Positions 1-10,113 of a DNA stretch of 20,000 nucleotides are shown piece after piece. The notes under the pieces are model-generated. The model saw only the letters and a list, made by a program, of their open reading frames with translations. It did no database searches and had not been told where the DNA came from. Position numbers and translations under genes: made by a program. Each line of letters starts with the position of its first letter. Positions within the stretch are counted from its first letter, which is position 1. Source of the DNA: Chiloscyllium plagiosum (taxonomy: Eukaryota); assembly GCF_004010195.1 (NCBI RefSeq), contig NC_057720.1:264655-284654 (forward strand), given 5' to 3'.

Positions 1-790
1 CATTGATAAAAATGACAAACAGCAGTTGCTCCAAAACAGATCCTTGTGGTACACCACTAATAACTGAACTCCAGGATGAATATTTCCCATCAACTACCAC
101 CCTCTGTCTTCTTTCAACTGCCAAACCGTCCTCAATCCCATGCCTGTGTATTTTGTGCAATAGTCTACTGTGGGGAACCTTATCAAGCACCTTACTGAAA
201 TCCATATACACCACATCAACCGCTTTACCCTCATCCACCTGTTTGGTCACCTTCTCAAAGAACTCAGTAAGGTTTGTGAGGCACCACCAACCTTCACAAA
301 ACCGTGTTGACTATCCCTAATTAACTTACTCCTCTCTAGATGTTTACAAGTCCCACATCTTATATCTTTTCCAACACTTTAGCCACACGGAAGTAAGGCT
401 CACTGGACTATAATTATCAGGGTTGTCTCTACTCCCCTTCTTGAACAAGGAGATAACATTTGCTATCCTCCAGTCTTCTGGCACTATTCCTGTAGACAAT
501 GATGTCATAAAGACCAAAACCAAAGGCTCTGCAATCTCCTCCCTGGCTTCCCAGAGTATCCGAGGATAAATCCCATCTGGCCCAGGGGACGTATCTATTT
601 TCACATTTTCCAGAATTGCTAACACCTCCTCCTTGTGACCCTCAATCCTGTCTAGTCTAGCAGTCTGTATCTCAATATTCTCCCTGACAAAAATGTCTTT
701 CCAGTGTGAATACTGATGAAAAATATTCATTTATCGCTTCTCCTATCTCCTCGGATTCCACACACAACTTCTCAATGCTATCTTTGACTG
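1..790 (-). mobile_element. CR1-clade LINE ORF2 fragment (RT region), decayed
   Basis: Minus-strand peptides SPGPDGIYPRILWEAREEIAEPL...PEDWRIANVISLFKKGSRDNPDNY and SGVPQGS; stops and deletions present. Confidence 0.9.
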
Positions 791-797
791 GCTGTAA

Positions 798-880
798 GAG
801 TGTGGTGCTGGAAAAGCACAGCAGGTCAGGTAGCATCTGAGGAGCAGGAAAATCAACGTTTCGGGCAAAAGCCCTTCATT
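798..880 (-). mobile_element. Penelope-like element 3' terminal fragment with truncated hammerhead motif
   Basis: gtggtgctggaaaagcacagcaggtcagg...caacgtttcgggcaaaagcccttcat is homologous to the end of the GIY-YIG-bearing copy at 7210-7923. Confidence 0.8.
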
Positions 881-885
881 AACCA

Positions 886-932
886 TTCGAGGGCCGAAGG
901 GCCTGTATTGCACTGCAATGTTCTATGTTCTA
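886..932 (+). mobile_element. CR1 3' end stub
   Basis: tcgagggccgaagggcctgta...tgttctatgttcta is the same 3' tail as the CR1 copies at 10114 and 17646, in opposite orientation. Confidence 0.7.
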
Positions 933-2927
933 AAGGAAATACTTATTTGGTGAAGATATGTGATTGTTAATGAAGATTAGTGGGAAGCCAGAGGATTGGA
1001 AAGTCTTTAAAAACCAGTAGAGGACATTTAAAAAAGTAATAAAGAGGGAAAAAGATGAAATATGAGAATAAATTAGCTAGCAATATAAAAGAAGATTGTA
1101 AGTGTTTTTCCTTAGATATCGAAAAGCTAAGACAAATACAAGAGTTAACATTGGACCACTAGGTAATGAGGCTGGAGAAGTAGTAATGGGGAATAAAGAA
1201 ATGGTGGAGGAACTGGATAGGTACTTGGTAGCAGTTTTCACAGGAAGATACCAGCAGCATAGCAGATCTTCAAGAGAGTGAGGGGCAGAGGTGAGTGTAG
1301 TGGTCATCATTAAGGAGAAGGTTCTGGGGAATCTGAAAGGTCTGAAGGTGGATAAATCATCTGGACCAAATGGACTACACCCCAGAGTTCTGAAGGAGAT
1401 AGTTGAAGAGATTGTAGAGGAATGTGTGATGATCTTTCAGGAATCTCTGAAGCCAGGGAGGACTGGAAAATGGCAAAGATTATACCCCTTTTTTTTGAAG
1501 GGAGGTAGGCAGAAGACAGGAAACTATAGGGCAGTTATACTGAAACTATAGGGCAGTTATACTGACTTTGGTCTTTAATAAGATTTTAGAGTCCATTAGT
1601 AAGGATGAGATTATGGAGTATTTGAAGTGCATGGTGAAATAGGGCTGAGTCAGCATGGTTTCATTAAGGGGAGGTCATGCCTGACAAATCTGTTAGAATT
1701 CTTTGAGGAGGTAATGAGCAAGTTAGACAAAGGAGAGCCAGTGGATGTGATCTATTTGGACTTCAAAAAGGTGTTTGACAAGGCGCTGCACAGGAAGCTG
1801 CTAAATAAGATAAGAGCCCATGGTGTTTAGGGGCAAGGCACTGGCATGGATAGGGATTGGCTGACTGACAGAAGGCAGAGAGTGGGGATAAAGGGTTTTT
1901 TCAGGATGATAGCCAGTGACTGGTGAAGTTCTTCAGGGGTCTGTTATGGGACCATAACTGTTCACATTAATGACCTGGACGGAGGAACTGAGGATGTTGT
2001 TGGTGCATTTGCAGATGACACAGATAGGTGGAGGGATGGGTAGTGTTGAGGAAGTGGGGAGGCTGTAGAAGGACTTGAACAGGCTAGGACAGTTAACAAA
2101 GAAGTGGCAGATTGAATACAATGTGGGGAAATGTGAGGTTGTACGTTTTGGCAGGAAGAATAGAAGCAGAGACTATTTTCTAAATGGGGAAAGGTTTTGG
2201 AAATCTGAAGCACAGAGTTACTTGCAAGTCCTGATTCAGGATTCCCTTAACGTTAACATGCAGGTTCAGTTGGCTGTTAGGAAGGTAAATGCAATGTTCG
2301 CATTAATTTCAAGAGGTCTAGAATACAAAAAACAGGGATGTATTACTGAAACTGTATAAGACTCTGGTCAGACTGCATTTGGAATATTGTGAGCAGTTTT
2401 AGACCCTATATCCGAGGAAGGATGTGCTGGCATTGGAGAGGCTTCAGAGGGGGTTTACAGGAATGATCCCGCGGATGAAGGGCTTGTCGTATGAGTGGTG
2501 GTTGAGGACTCTGGGTCTGTACTCGATGGAGTTTAGAAGGATGAGGGGGTGGGGAATCTGATTGAAACTTAGAGAATACTGAGAGACCTGGATCAAGTGG
2601 ACATGGGGAAGATGTTTCCACCAGGAGGAGAGACTAGGACCCAAGAGCACAGCCTCAGGGTGAAGGGATGACCCTAAAGAGCTGAGATGAGGAGGATATT
2701 TTTCAGCCAGAGATTAGTGACTCTATGGAACACATTGCCACAGAGGGCTGTGGAAGCCACATCACTGAATGTATTTAAAACAGAGATGGATAGATATGTG
2801 ATTAGTAAGAGGATCAAAATTACAGGGAGATGGCTGGAGAAGAGGATTGAGAAGCACATTAACCATGATCAAATGATAGGGCAGAGTCAATGGGCTGAGT
2901 GGCTTAATATCTGAACCTATGGCCTTA
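933..2927 (+). mobile_element. 5'-truncated decayed CR1-clade LINE (RT and 3' UTR)
   Basis: Fragments VDKSSGPNGLHPRVLKE, QHGFIKGRSCLTNLLEFFEEV...VDVIYLDFKKVFDK, FADDT at about 2008 and FFSQRLVTLWNTLP. Many frameshifts and a 22-bp internal tandem duplication at 1520-1563. Confidence 0.92.
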
Positions 2928-3012
2928 AGGAGAACAATCTCAGCTTCTCCTGTCTCTTCACATTGACTGAGGTCCCTCATCCCTGCTCCCATTCCCTAGT
3001 CAATCCCCTCTA

Positions 3013-3120
3013 AGAACTGAAGACATAAGAACAGGAGGAGGCCATTCAGCCCTCTGCGTCTGCTCTGCCATTTAATATTGTCATGGTTGATCTTCTGCTG
3101 CAATGCCATTTCTCTGCACC
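3013..3120 (-). mobile_element. CR1-type 3' UTR stub
   Basis: cataagaacaggaggaggccattcagccc...ctgccatttaatattgtcatggttgatc is the reverse complement of a CR1 3' end. Confidence 0.6.
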
Positions 3121-4129
3121 CTGGACATTTGAGGTTTTGGTATAACTGAAGTTGGACGGTGCAGCAAATCCTTTTCCTGCTCCTCTCCTCCACTGATTAC
3201 ATTAATGTTTATATTTCCCCAGAGTGTTACAATGACAAAACAACGGTTTTTGACTGTATCAGGTTTAAATTAGAAACAATTCAGCCAGCTTTTTAGTCAA
3301 TAAAATAAAATTGGGCTCATTACAAATAAAACTTAATCCAACAAACACAAAGTTTATTGACAAAAAAATTAGATTTTGCAGGGCAAAGTTATATACTAAC
3401 ATCCAAATTTAACATAAGGCAATTTGGATAATGGACAAATAATAGTTGAACTACCCATGTAAACTTTAGTTAGCAAATATGATCAAAACAGATCCCATGG
3501 ATGTCTGGGTAGTCCTCCCTGGTGTTAGTGATTCTGTCAACTACCACTTCCTATTAAACTTCATAAGGGATTCCAATTGATCAATGTTGTTAACCCAGTC
3601 TCAAAACCCCTCAGGACCACTCTGTCTTGGACCACCTCAATGTTCTGGTGGAGTACTCACGGAAAGATTCCAACTTTTCATGAACAGCTTACTTCATCAA
3701 AGCCAGTACTCATCTGGATTGGTTCCTTCAGCTTTCATTTGCTTTAGTTGCGCAATGTAACCTATCACAGCTCCCAAGACTTGCTGCTTACAACCTCCCG
3801 GAACCTCTTCCTGAGTTCTAACAGTAAGGGATTATCCAACTGTGTCCACAGCTACACAGTACAGCTGAATGAGTCACTCTACAGGGAGCTTGCTTCTCTA
3901 TCTAGGGACTAAACTGCATGATTTTTGGCTGATTTGGATATGAATGTTTTGGAGGTTTTTTGGTTATTTGTCTCACTGTATGTTACTAGCCTCACATCAG
4001 TATCTGCAAGACTGTAATAGCGTCTCAACATCCTGCTAGGCGAGAACATCAAAAATATTGAAAGAAGACGTAATGAACTTCCTGAAATATTGAGGATTCA
4101 ACCCAAAAGAGGAATTGAAATCTGGGCCA

Positions 4130-4195
4130 GGTCAGTCATGATCCTATAGAATGGTGGGGGCGAATGGACAACTCCTGCTCCTAGTTCTTATGTTC
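4130..4195 (+). mobile_element. CR1-type 3' UTR stub
   Basis: tcagtcatgatc...gaatgg...cgaatggacaactcctgctcctagttcttatgttc resembles a CR1 3' end. Confidence 0.55.
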
Positions 4196-4361
4196 CACAA
4201 ACAACTCACCACTCAGCAGGTAGCTATGGAAAACGTGGCCTCCCTTACCCCATGCTAGCTTTAGAAATCTGCCATGCCCCCTGACATTCCAAAGCTGCCC
4301 TGTTCAGTGATGGGTTGTTGGAGAATGGAGATAGTTGGAGATGGCACTGCAATTCCTGGCA

Positions 4362-4495
4362 AGGCAAAAGTGAGGACTGCAGATCCTGGAGATCAGAGTC
4401 GAGATCGGAGTGGTGCTGGAGAAGCACAGCAGGTCAGGCTGCATCCGAGGAGCAGGAAAATCACGATGAAGGGCAAAAGCCCTTCATCGGGAATG
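4362..4495 (-). mobile_element. Penelope-like terminal fragment with 11-bp TSD
   Basis: Homologous to 7210-7335 and flanked by the direct repeat AATTCCTGGCA at 4351-4361 and 4496-4506. Confidence 0.85.
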
Positions 4496-4878
4496 AATTC
4501 CTGGCAGGGACCAGGGGATGCTGATCAAGGAGCTGGGGCAGAGAAGAGGGGGAAGTGAACCTACTGAGGGTAATTGGATTGCTCAGATGACAATGCACTG
4601 GACAGTATTTGGCCATTTTCTTTTATAAATAGCACTGTTTTGTCCAGTCCTGTACATCACAGTGACACCAGCTCACAGCTACTGGCCATTCATGGTGGAT
4701 CAATGGCTGTGCTGAGAACTTGCTGCAGCCTCAGGAGCAAGACGTATCGAGGACCCTGAAACCACTGCCCCTTGTCCAACAATAACCTAATGGTGTCACT
4801 GCCTCAGTTTCCCAAAACTGTCGGTGAGAATGAGTCACTCAGCCATGTCTGGGGAAGGGAGGCTTTGCATTCAGCTTG

Positions 4879-5043
4879 GAGTGGTGCTGGAAGTGCAGGT
4901 CAGGCAGCATCCGAGGAGCAGGAAAATTGACGTTTTGGGCAGGAGGGTTGATGAAGCTCCTCGGATGCTGCCTGACCTGCTGTGCTTTTCCAGCGCCACT
5001 CTAATCTTGACTCTGATCTCCAGCATCTGCAGTACCCACTTTC
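4879..5043. mobile_element. Inverted pair of Penelope-like termini
   Basis: A perfect 25-bp inverted repeat at 4895-4919 / 4956-4980; both arms match the PLE terminus. Confidence 0.85.
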
Positions 5044-5443
5044 ACCTAATGCATTCAGCTTGTCAGAAATTAGCTCAGTGTCGTGTACACTGAACTGCTC
5101 TGTGTTCATGTTGTTTAAAATCAGAGTCTCCTGCAGACCTCTCCCCCCACTCCCCCTGCCTCCTCCATGTCTGAACCTCAGCATTTTCTCCCCCATTGTA
5201 CACTTGCCATTTCCAACACGATGGAAGGTGACATTGAACACTCCTCAGTCTCGACACTTTAATCAGGTCAGGAACATCCAGATCCCCCAACCCTCAGGAC
5301 CCCACCCATCCACCTACCTACTCAATTCCCCCCTCACCCCGCCCCAGCCCCTGGCACATGGGGTCACCATGCCTTAGAGGCAGCTACTCACTGGCACCTC
5401 CAACTCCTGATCAGTAGAGAAACCCCTCCACATGACCCCCTTT

Positions 5444-6212
5444 ACTTCATGTTTGTCCTTATCCCACCCTTTGTTGATACTATCGCCTCCATCACAACTC
5501 TCATCATCCCACCCTTGCCCTCAGTCCTGAAGAACAACTTGGGGTCCAATCTCCTGCCTGGGGTAGCGCACCCCCATATTTCTGCCTGGATCCTCTTTCC
5601 CCTCAGTTTCTGTGGATGGACCATATGGACTGAGTGAAACCCCATGAGTGACCGAACCGGATAGCCCTGGGGTGGGAGGTGCCCAGAGCGCTCACTGATT
5701 GTTGTAACTCAGACCCCCCGCCCCGCCCACACAGACTGCATTAGGACTTCCCTCCCCAAGTCTGGCCCCTCGAAAGCCCCAGGACTGACCGTGACTCACT
5801 GACCTGACCGGGAACACTTCGAGTGGTCACCTTACCGTGACCATTCCCCTGTCTGGGATTGGAAACTTCCTGGTCGCAGCCCCCTGACTCCTGGGTACCT
5901 CCCTGGGCCTGGGTGAGGGTGAGAGCCTGGAGACTGGGAGTCGCAGTTACCTACTCAGTGTGTGAGGTGCTGATACATGGAGATGCTCAGAGATTGACTG
6001 ATTCCATTCTGTCACACACCTCAGCAGATCCCAACACACTCAGACCCTGAGAAAATAAATTGACCCACACAGCTCTCCATTGACTCACTCCCCCCACCTT
6101 GAAATGGTTTGAGTGGCCTATTAAAAACCTTCCTTTAGGAAGGGTGGGATGATGAGAGTTGTGATGGAGGAAATAGTATCAACAAAGGGTGGGATAAGGA
6201 CAAACATGAAGT
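5444..6212. repeat. 73-bp inverted repeats bracketing 623 bp (candidate MITE or fold-back element)
   Basis: 5444-5516 is the reverse complement of 6140-6212 at 71/73 positions. Confidence 0.85.
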
Positions 6213-6364
6213 GCCTTTGTTCCCAGGCAGTATTGACTGAAACTAATATTCTGGAACAGCCCAGTGCAGCATCCTGTGGGAAGTCAGGGTGACTTGAATG
6301 GTACAGTGTTCTGGCTCTGACAGAACAGAAATGACAAGAACTTGTCAAAATCTGAAAGAACGTA

Positions 6365-6450
6365 TTACCCTCAGCTTTGGATTTATTTAACAGCCAAGCC
6401 TCCACTGTCTCAGGGGCAGAGAATTCTCAAGGTTACAGCTTCTTCACTCT
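6365..6450 (-). mobile_element. Old CR1 C-terminal fragment
   Basis: The minus strand resembles WNSLP..VEA..LN.FK.E (ORF track MEAWLLNKSKAEG). Confidence 0.45.
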
Positions 6451-7209
6451 CGCCAGGACCTTGCCATCTCTCCTATCATGTGGCGAATTGAGGTACACAG
6501 CACTTGCTGAGAGCTGTAGATTTATAAATGAGATTAATTCCCTGTCACTCAGAGAATAAATAACCTGACCAAGCTTCAGTGCAGTAAGATTGATACAGAC
6601 GGACAACGAGTCTCTTGACAGCTACTTCCTGGGAGGCAAACGGAAGGGATTAATCTGTGAGATCATGGGGAGTGAGAAAGTGGAAAAAAATGATGGAAGA
6701 AAAGTCTTTGTACCAGAATACTCAAACCAGCACCTTCCAGCAGATTGTGTGAATGGCCTTTCTAGGGGGGTGTGGACAAACAGCATCCCCCTAAAGAGGA
6801 AAGATTCACATCTCAACAGATAGGAAGTCTAATTAACCTTGTTTACTGACTCAGCAAAATACACAGCACTCTTTACTCCTGACTTCATCTCCAATCTTAT
6901 TACCAAATGCTTTTCAATTTATTAAAACCGAAAGGAAAACTAATTAAAGATCGATACTAATGAATGCATTGATGAAATGCAGGTTTGTCAGCACTTTGCT
7001 CAGAATACATCCAGAGACCAATCACAGGAATGGCTTTGAGAAAGTTTCAAAGTCACTGCCCTGTCCCTCCATCTCCCCCAGAGTGGGGTTGGGGGAGGGG
7101 GACGGGGACGGGAATTACCCACAAGCCTGACCGCTCTTGGCTACCGTGTTAGTGACTGTAGGGCAAGACCCCACCCTCTCTCAGGAAGATGGTGCGCCAC
7201 TCAGGGCTA

Positions 7210-7923
7210 AAGTGAGGACTGCAGATGCTGGAAACCAGAGTTTAGATCATAGTGGTGCTGGAAAAGCACAGCAGGTCAGGCAGCATCTGAGGAGCAGGAA
7301 AATCCAAGTTTCGGGCAAAAGCCCTTCATCAGGAATAGAGGCTGGAAGCCTCCATTGTAGAGAGATAAATGGGGGGAGCTGGGGAGAAGGTAGCAAAGAG
7401 TACAATAGGTGAATGGGGGTAGGAATGGAGGTGATAGGTCAGAGGCGTGGGAAGGGAGATTGACAGGTAGGACAGGTCATGGGGACAGTGCTGAGCTGGA
7501 AGTTTGGAACCGGGGTAAGGTGGGGGAAGGGGAAATGAGGAAGCTGTTGAAGTCCACATTGATGCCCTGGGGTTGAAGTGTTCCGAGGTGGAAGATGAAG
7601 CGTTCTCCAGGCGTCAGGTGGTGAGGGAGCGGCGGTGGAGGAGGCCCAGGACCTGCATGTCCTCGGCAGAGTGGGAAGAGGAGTTGAAATGTTGGGCCAT
7701 GGGGCGGTGTGGTTGATTGGTGCGGGTATCCCGGAGATGTCCCCTAAATCGCTCTGCTAGGAGGCGCCCAGTCTCCCCAATGTAGAGGAGACCGCATCGG
7801 GAGCAACGGATACAATAAATGACATTGGTGGATGTGCAGGTAAAACTTTGATGGATTTGGTAGGCTCCTTTGGGGCCTTGGATGGTAGTGAGGGAGGAGG
7901 TGTGGGCGCAGGTTTTGCAATTC
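7210..7923 (-). mobile_element. 5'-truncated Penelope-like element: GIY-YIG endonuclease remnant plus 3' terminus with hammerhead motif
   Basis: Manual minus-strand translation from 7919 gives CKTCAHTSSLTTIQGPKGAYQIHQSFTCTSTNVIYCIRCSRCGLLYIGETGRLLAERFRGHLRD...AQHFNSSSHS, followed by a TGA stop and a frameshift before LGTLQPQGINVDF. 8-bp TSD CAGGGCTA at 7202-7209 and 7924-7931. Confidence 0.93.
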
Positions 7924-8109
7924 CAGGGCTATCAGCCCTGATATTCTCTGCCAACACTCCTTCTTTCTCTACACGAAGTCTGTGGCCTCAGTGAGACAGG
8001 ATAGATCACTGGTGAGGCTAAATAGAACAGGCATTTGTCTTACAAATAAGCTCATTTATTGTATGATATAATCTGTTTCTTTTTCTGTGAAAGGGCTGTT
8101 TCCAAACAC

Positions 8110-8297
8110 AAGGTCAGAAGTCACACAACACCAGATTATAGCCCAACAAATTTATTTGAAGGTGAAGTGCACTTCACCTGATGAAGGAGCAGCGCTTCCA
8201 AAGCTTGTAATTTCAAATGAACCTATTAGACACTAAGTTGGTGTCATTTGACTTCTGACCTTGTCCACTCCAGTCCAACACCGGCAGCTCCACGTCA
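8110..8297. mobile_element. Fold-back fragment of a second PLE family with + strand hammerhead remnant
   Basis: Imperfect inverted arms at 8110-8160 / 8212-8262, a central 20-bp palindrome at 8160-8179, and CTGATGAaGGAGCagcGCTTCcAAAGCTT at 8178-8206. Confidence 0.7.
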
Positions 8298-9315
8298 CGA
8301 CTTCCAAAAACAAGGATTGTGTACAACATTACTGCACTTTATAAAAGCCGTGTTCTTGACCCTCATTGTAAGTGCTGTTTACACAGCTGTTTGTTCAAAT
8401 CATCGGGGAGGTTTGTTATGGGTGAGCTGGAGTCAGGGGGCTGTGTATGAAGAAAGCTACTGCTGGCAACAAGCAGCTGATTGGTCTATTAGTTATCATG
8501 ACAAAGGCCTTCTGCCTGCCAACAGCAATGTGATTGGCTCCCAGGGAGCTGGTGGGTGTGAATGAGATAATCCTAACCTTGCAGACATCTGGAAAGGGAG
8601 GTGATGTCATCTCTGCAGGAAAAAACAGTAAAAGTCTGAAGAAAGTCAGTTTATTTGACCTCACCAGTTGCTCGAAGTTTCTAACCCAATTAGCCAAAGA
8701 CTTTATAACATTGTAACCAGTTGCTCTATAAGGAACTGAAAGTAGCTGGAAATTAGAGATGGAGGAGCAGCAGATCTTGATGGTCTGAAAGGATTATGTC
8801 AGTGAACCCTGTGAACAGCAAACATTGAACTGCTTTCCCAAATTTTCCTTCTACGCAAAGCACCTGGCAGCTGGCTGCCAGCTTGTTGGTTTCAATCAGA
8901 AGCCATTAGAGCTCTGGAAGTGAAGGAGCAGTGTTTCTGTGCTGCAGCAAAAGGTATCTTAACCCAAAGGCAGCCAGTTCATTTCCTCTTTCCCGTTGCT
9001 GATGGCTGTGACCAATACTGAATATAACAGAAACCTTTATACATGGGTACCAGTCACTCTGTGCCTCCGACAAGCGATGGGAGAATATCTGGAGAAGGAA
9101 CATTGAGTAGCAGCATCTGATCAGCAAAAGGATCAGCTCAGCAAACCCTAAGGACAAGAGCCTTGAACTAGCTTCTGCCTATAACACCCTTTTTGTGTTC
9201 ATCTGTTTGTGTCTTTATAAATGAGTTAGACTTTTATTGAATGGAGTTACATGGTTGACAGTCCATAGTTGTTTATCTGTAGAATCTGCTTACTTGCATT
9301 TCGTGATTTCTTTTT

Positions 9316-9625
9316 AGAACAAAGAACAAAGAAAATTTACAGCCCTGGAACAGGCCCTTCGGCCCTCCAAGCCTGAGCTGATCCAAATCTACTGTCTAAA
9401 TCTATTGTCCAATTCCTAAGCATCTGTATCCCTCTGCTCCCCATCTGTCCAGACACATCTTAAATGAATCCACCGTGCCTGCCTCTAGCACCTCTGCTGG
9501 CAACGTGTTCCAGGCACCTACTACCCCCGTGTAAAGTACTTGTCGCGTGTATCCCCCTTAAACTTTCCACCTCTCACCTTGAAAGTGTGACCTCTCATTA
9601 TTGAATCCTTCACCCTGGGAAAAAA
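9316..9625 (-). mobile_element. CR1 3' fragment
   Basis: (agaacaa)n tail, aggcccttcggccc motif and a WNTLPAEVLEAG-like coding remnant on the minus strand. Confidence 0.85.
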
Positions 9626-10113
9626 AGTCTGACTCATGTATTCTGTTCACCTAGGTGTGAAAAATCAGATTTGTTGGGGAATTTTCAGACTTCCTTAAAA
9701 TCATTAACTTTTGTGATGACTGCAGGAGTAGTACAGATAGCATGGGGAAAGGTCTATAGTAACTTAGCTCCAGAGATAATTGTGCCTGCTACGTACAACA
9801 CATTCATTCCTCTCAGGAACTCACTGCAATGCCTCCACTCAAAGGCTGTGTGATACTATTGGATTGGGTGGAGCTCATTCAATTTCAACTGTCATTCCCC
9901 CAGAGCCATTTCTGCCCAATGATTTGTCCAATTAGAGGTCATTGCTCAGCCTTGACCACATCCAATAGGATTTCAGACTGGCCTAGGGTAGGGAAGGGTG
10001 GACAATGAGGATCTCTGTTCTTCCTAATCAGTCAGTGCAGAGCATGAACTCAGAGACAGCAGAAGGCCAATCAACCCATCATGTCCATGCCAGATCTTTG
10101 AACTGTCCAACTG

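Noticed and set aside
3225..4075. Possible reverse-oriented solo LTR (TGTTAC start, tttatt near 3353)
   Set aside because: No convincing CA end or TSD; cannot be supported without a repeat search.
4249..4299. Minus-strand cag...gtaag-flanked stretch starting GSF-GMS-GGM
   Set aside because: It is 51 bp, loses the Gly periodicity after three triplets and has an in-frame TAA, so it is not a collagen exon.
5449..6405. Two ORFs sharing MFVLIPPFVDTI on opposite strands
   Set aside because: A by-product of the 73-bp inverted repeat, with no evidence of coding function.
7084..7112. G-run cluster (potential G-quadruplex)
   Set aside because: An isolated low-complexity tract with no supporting context.
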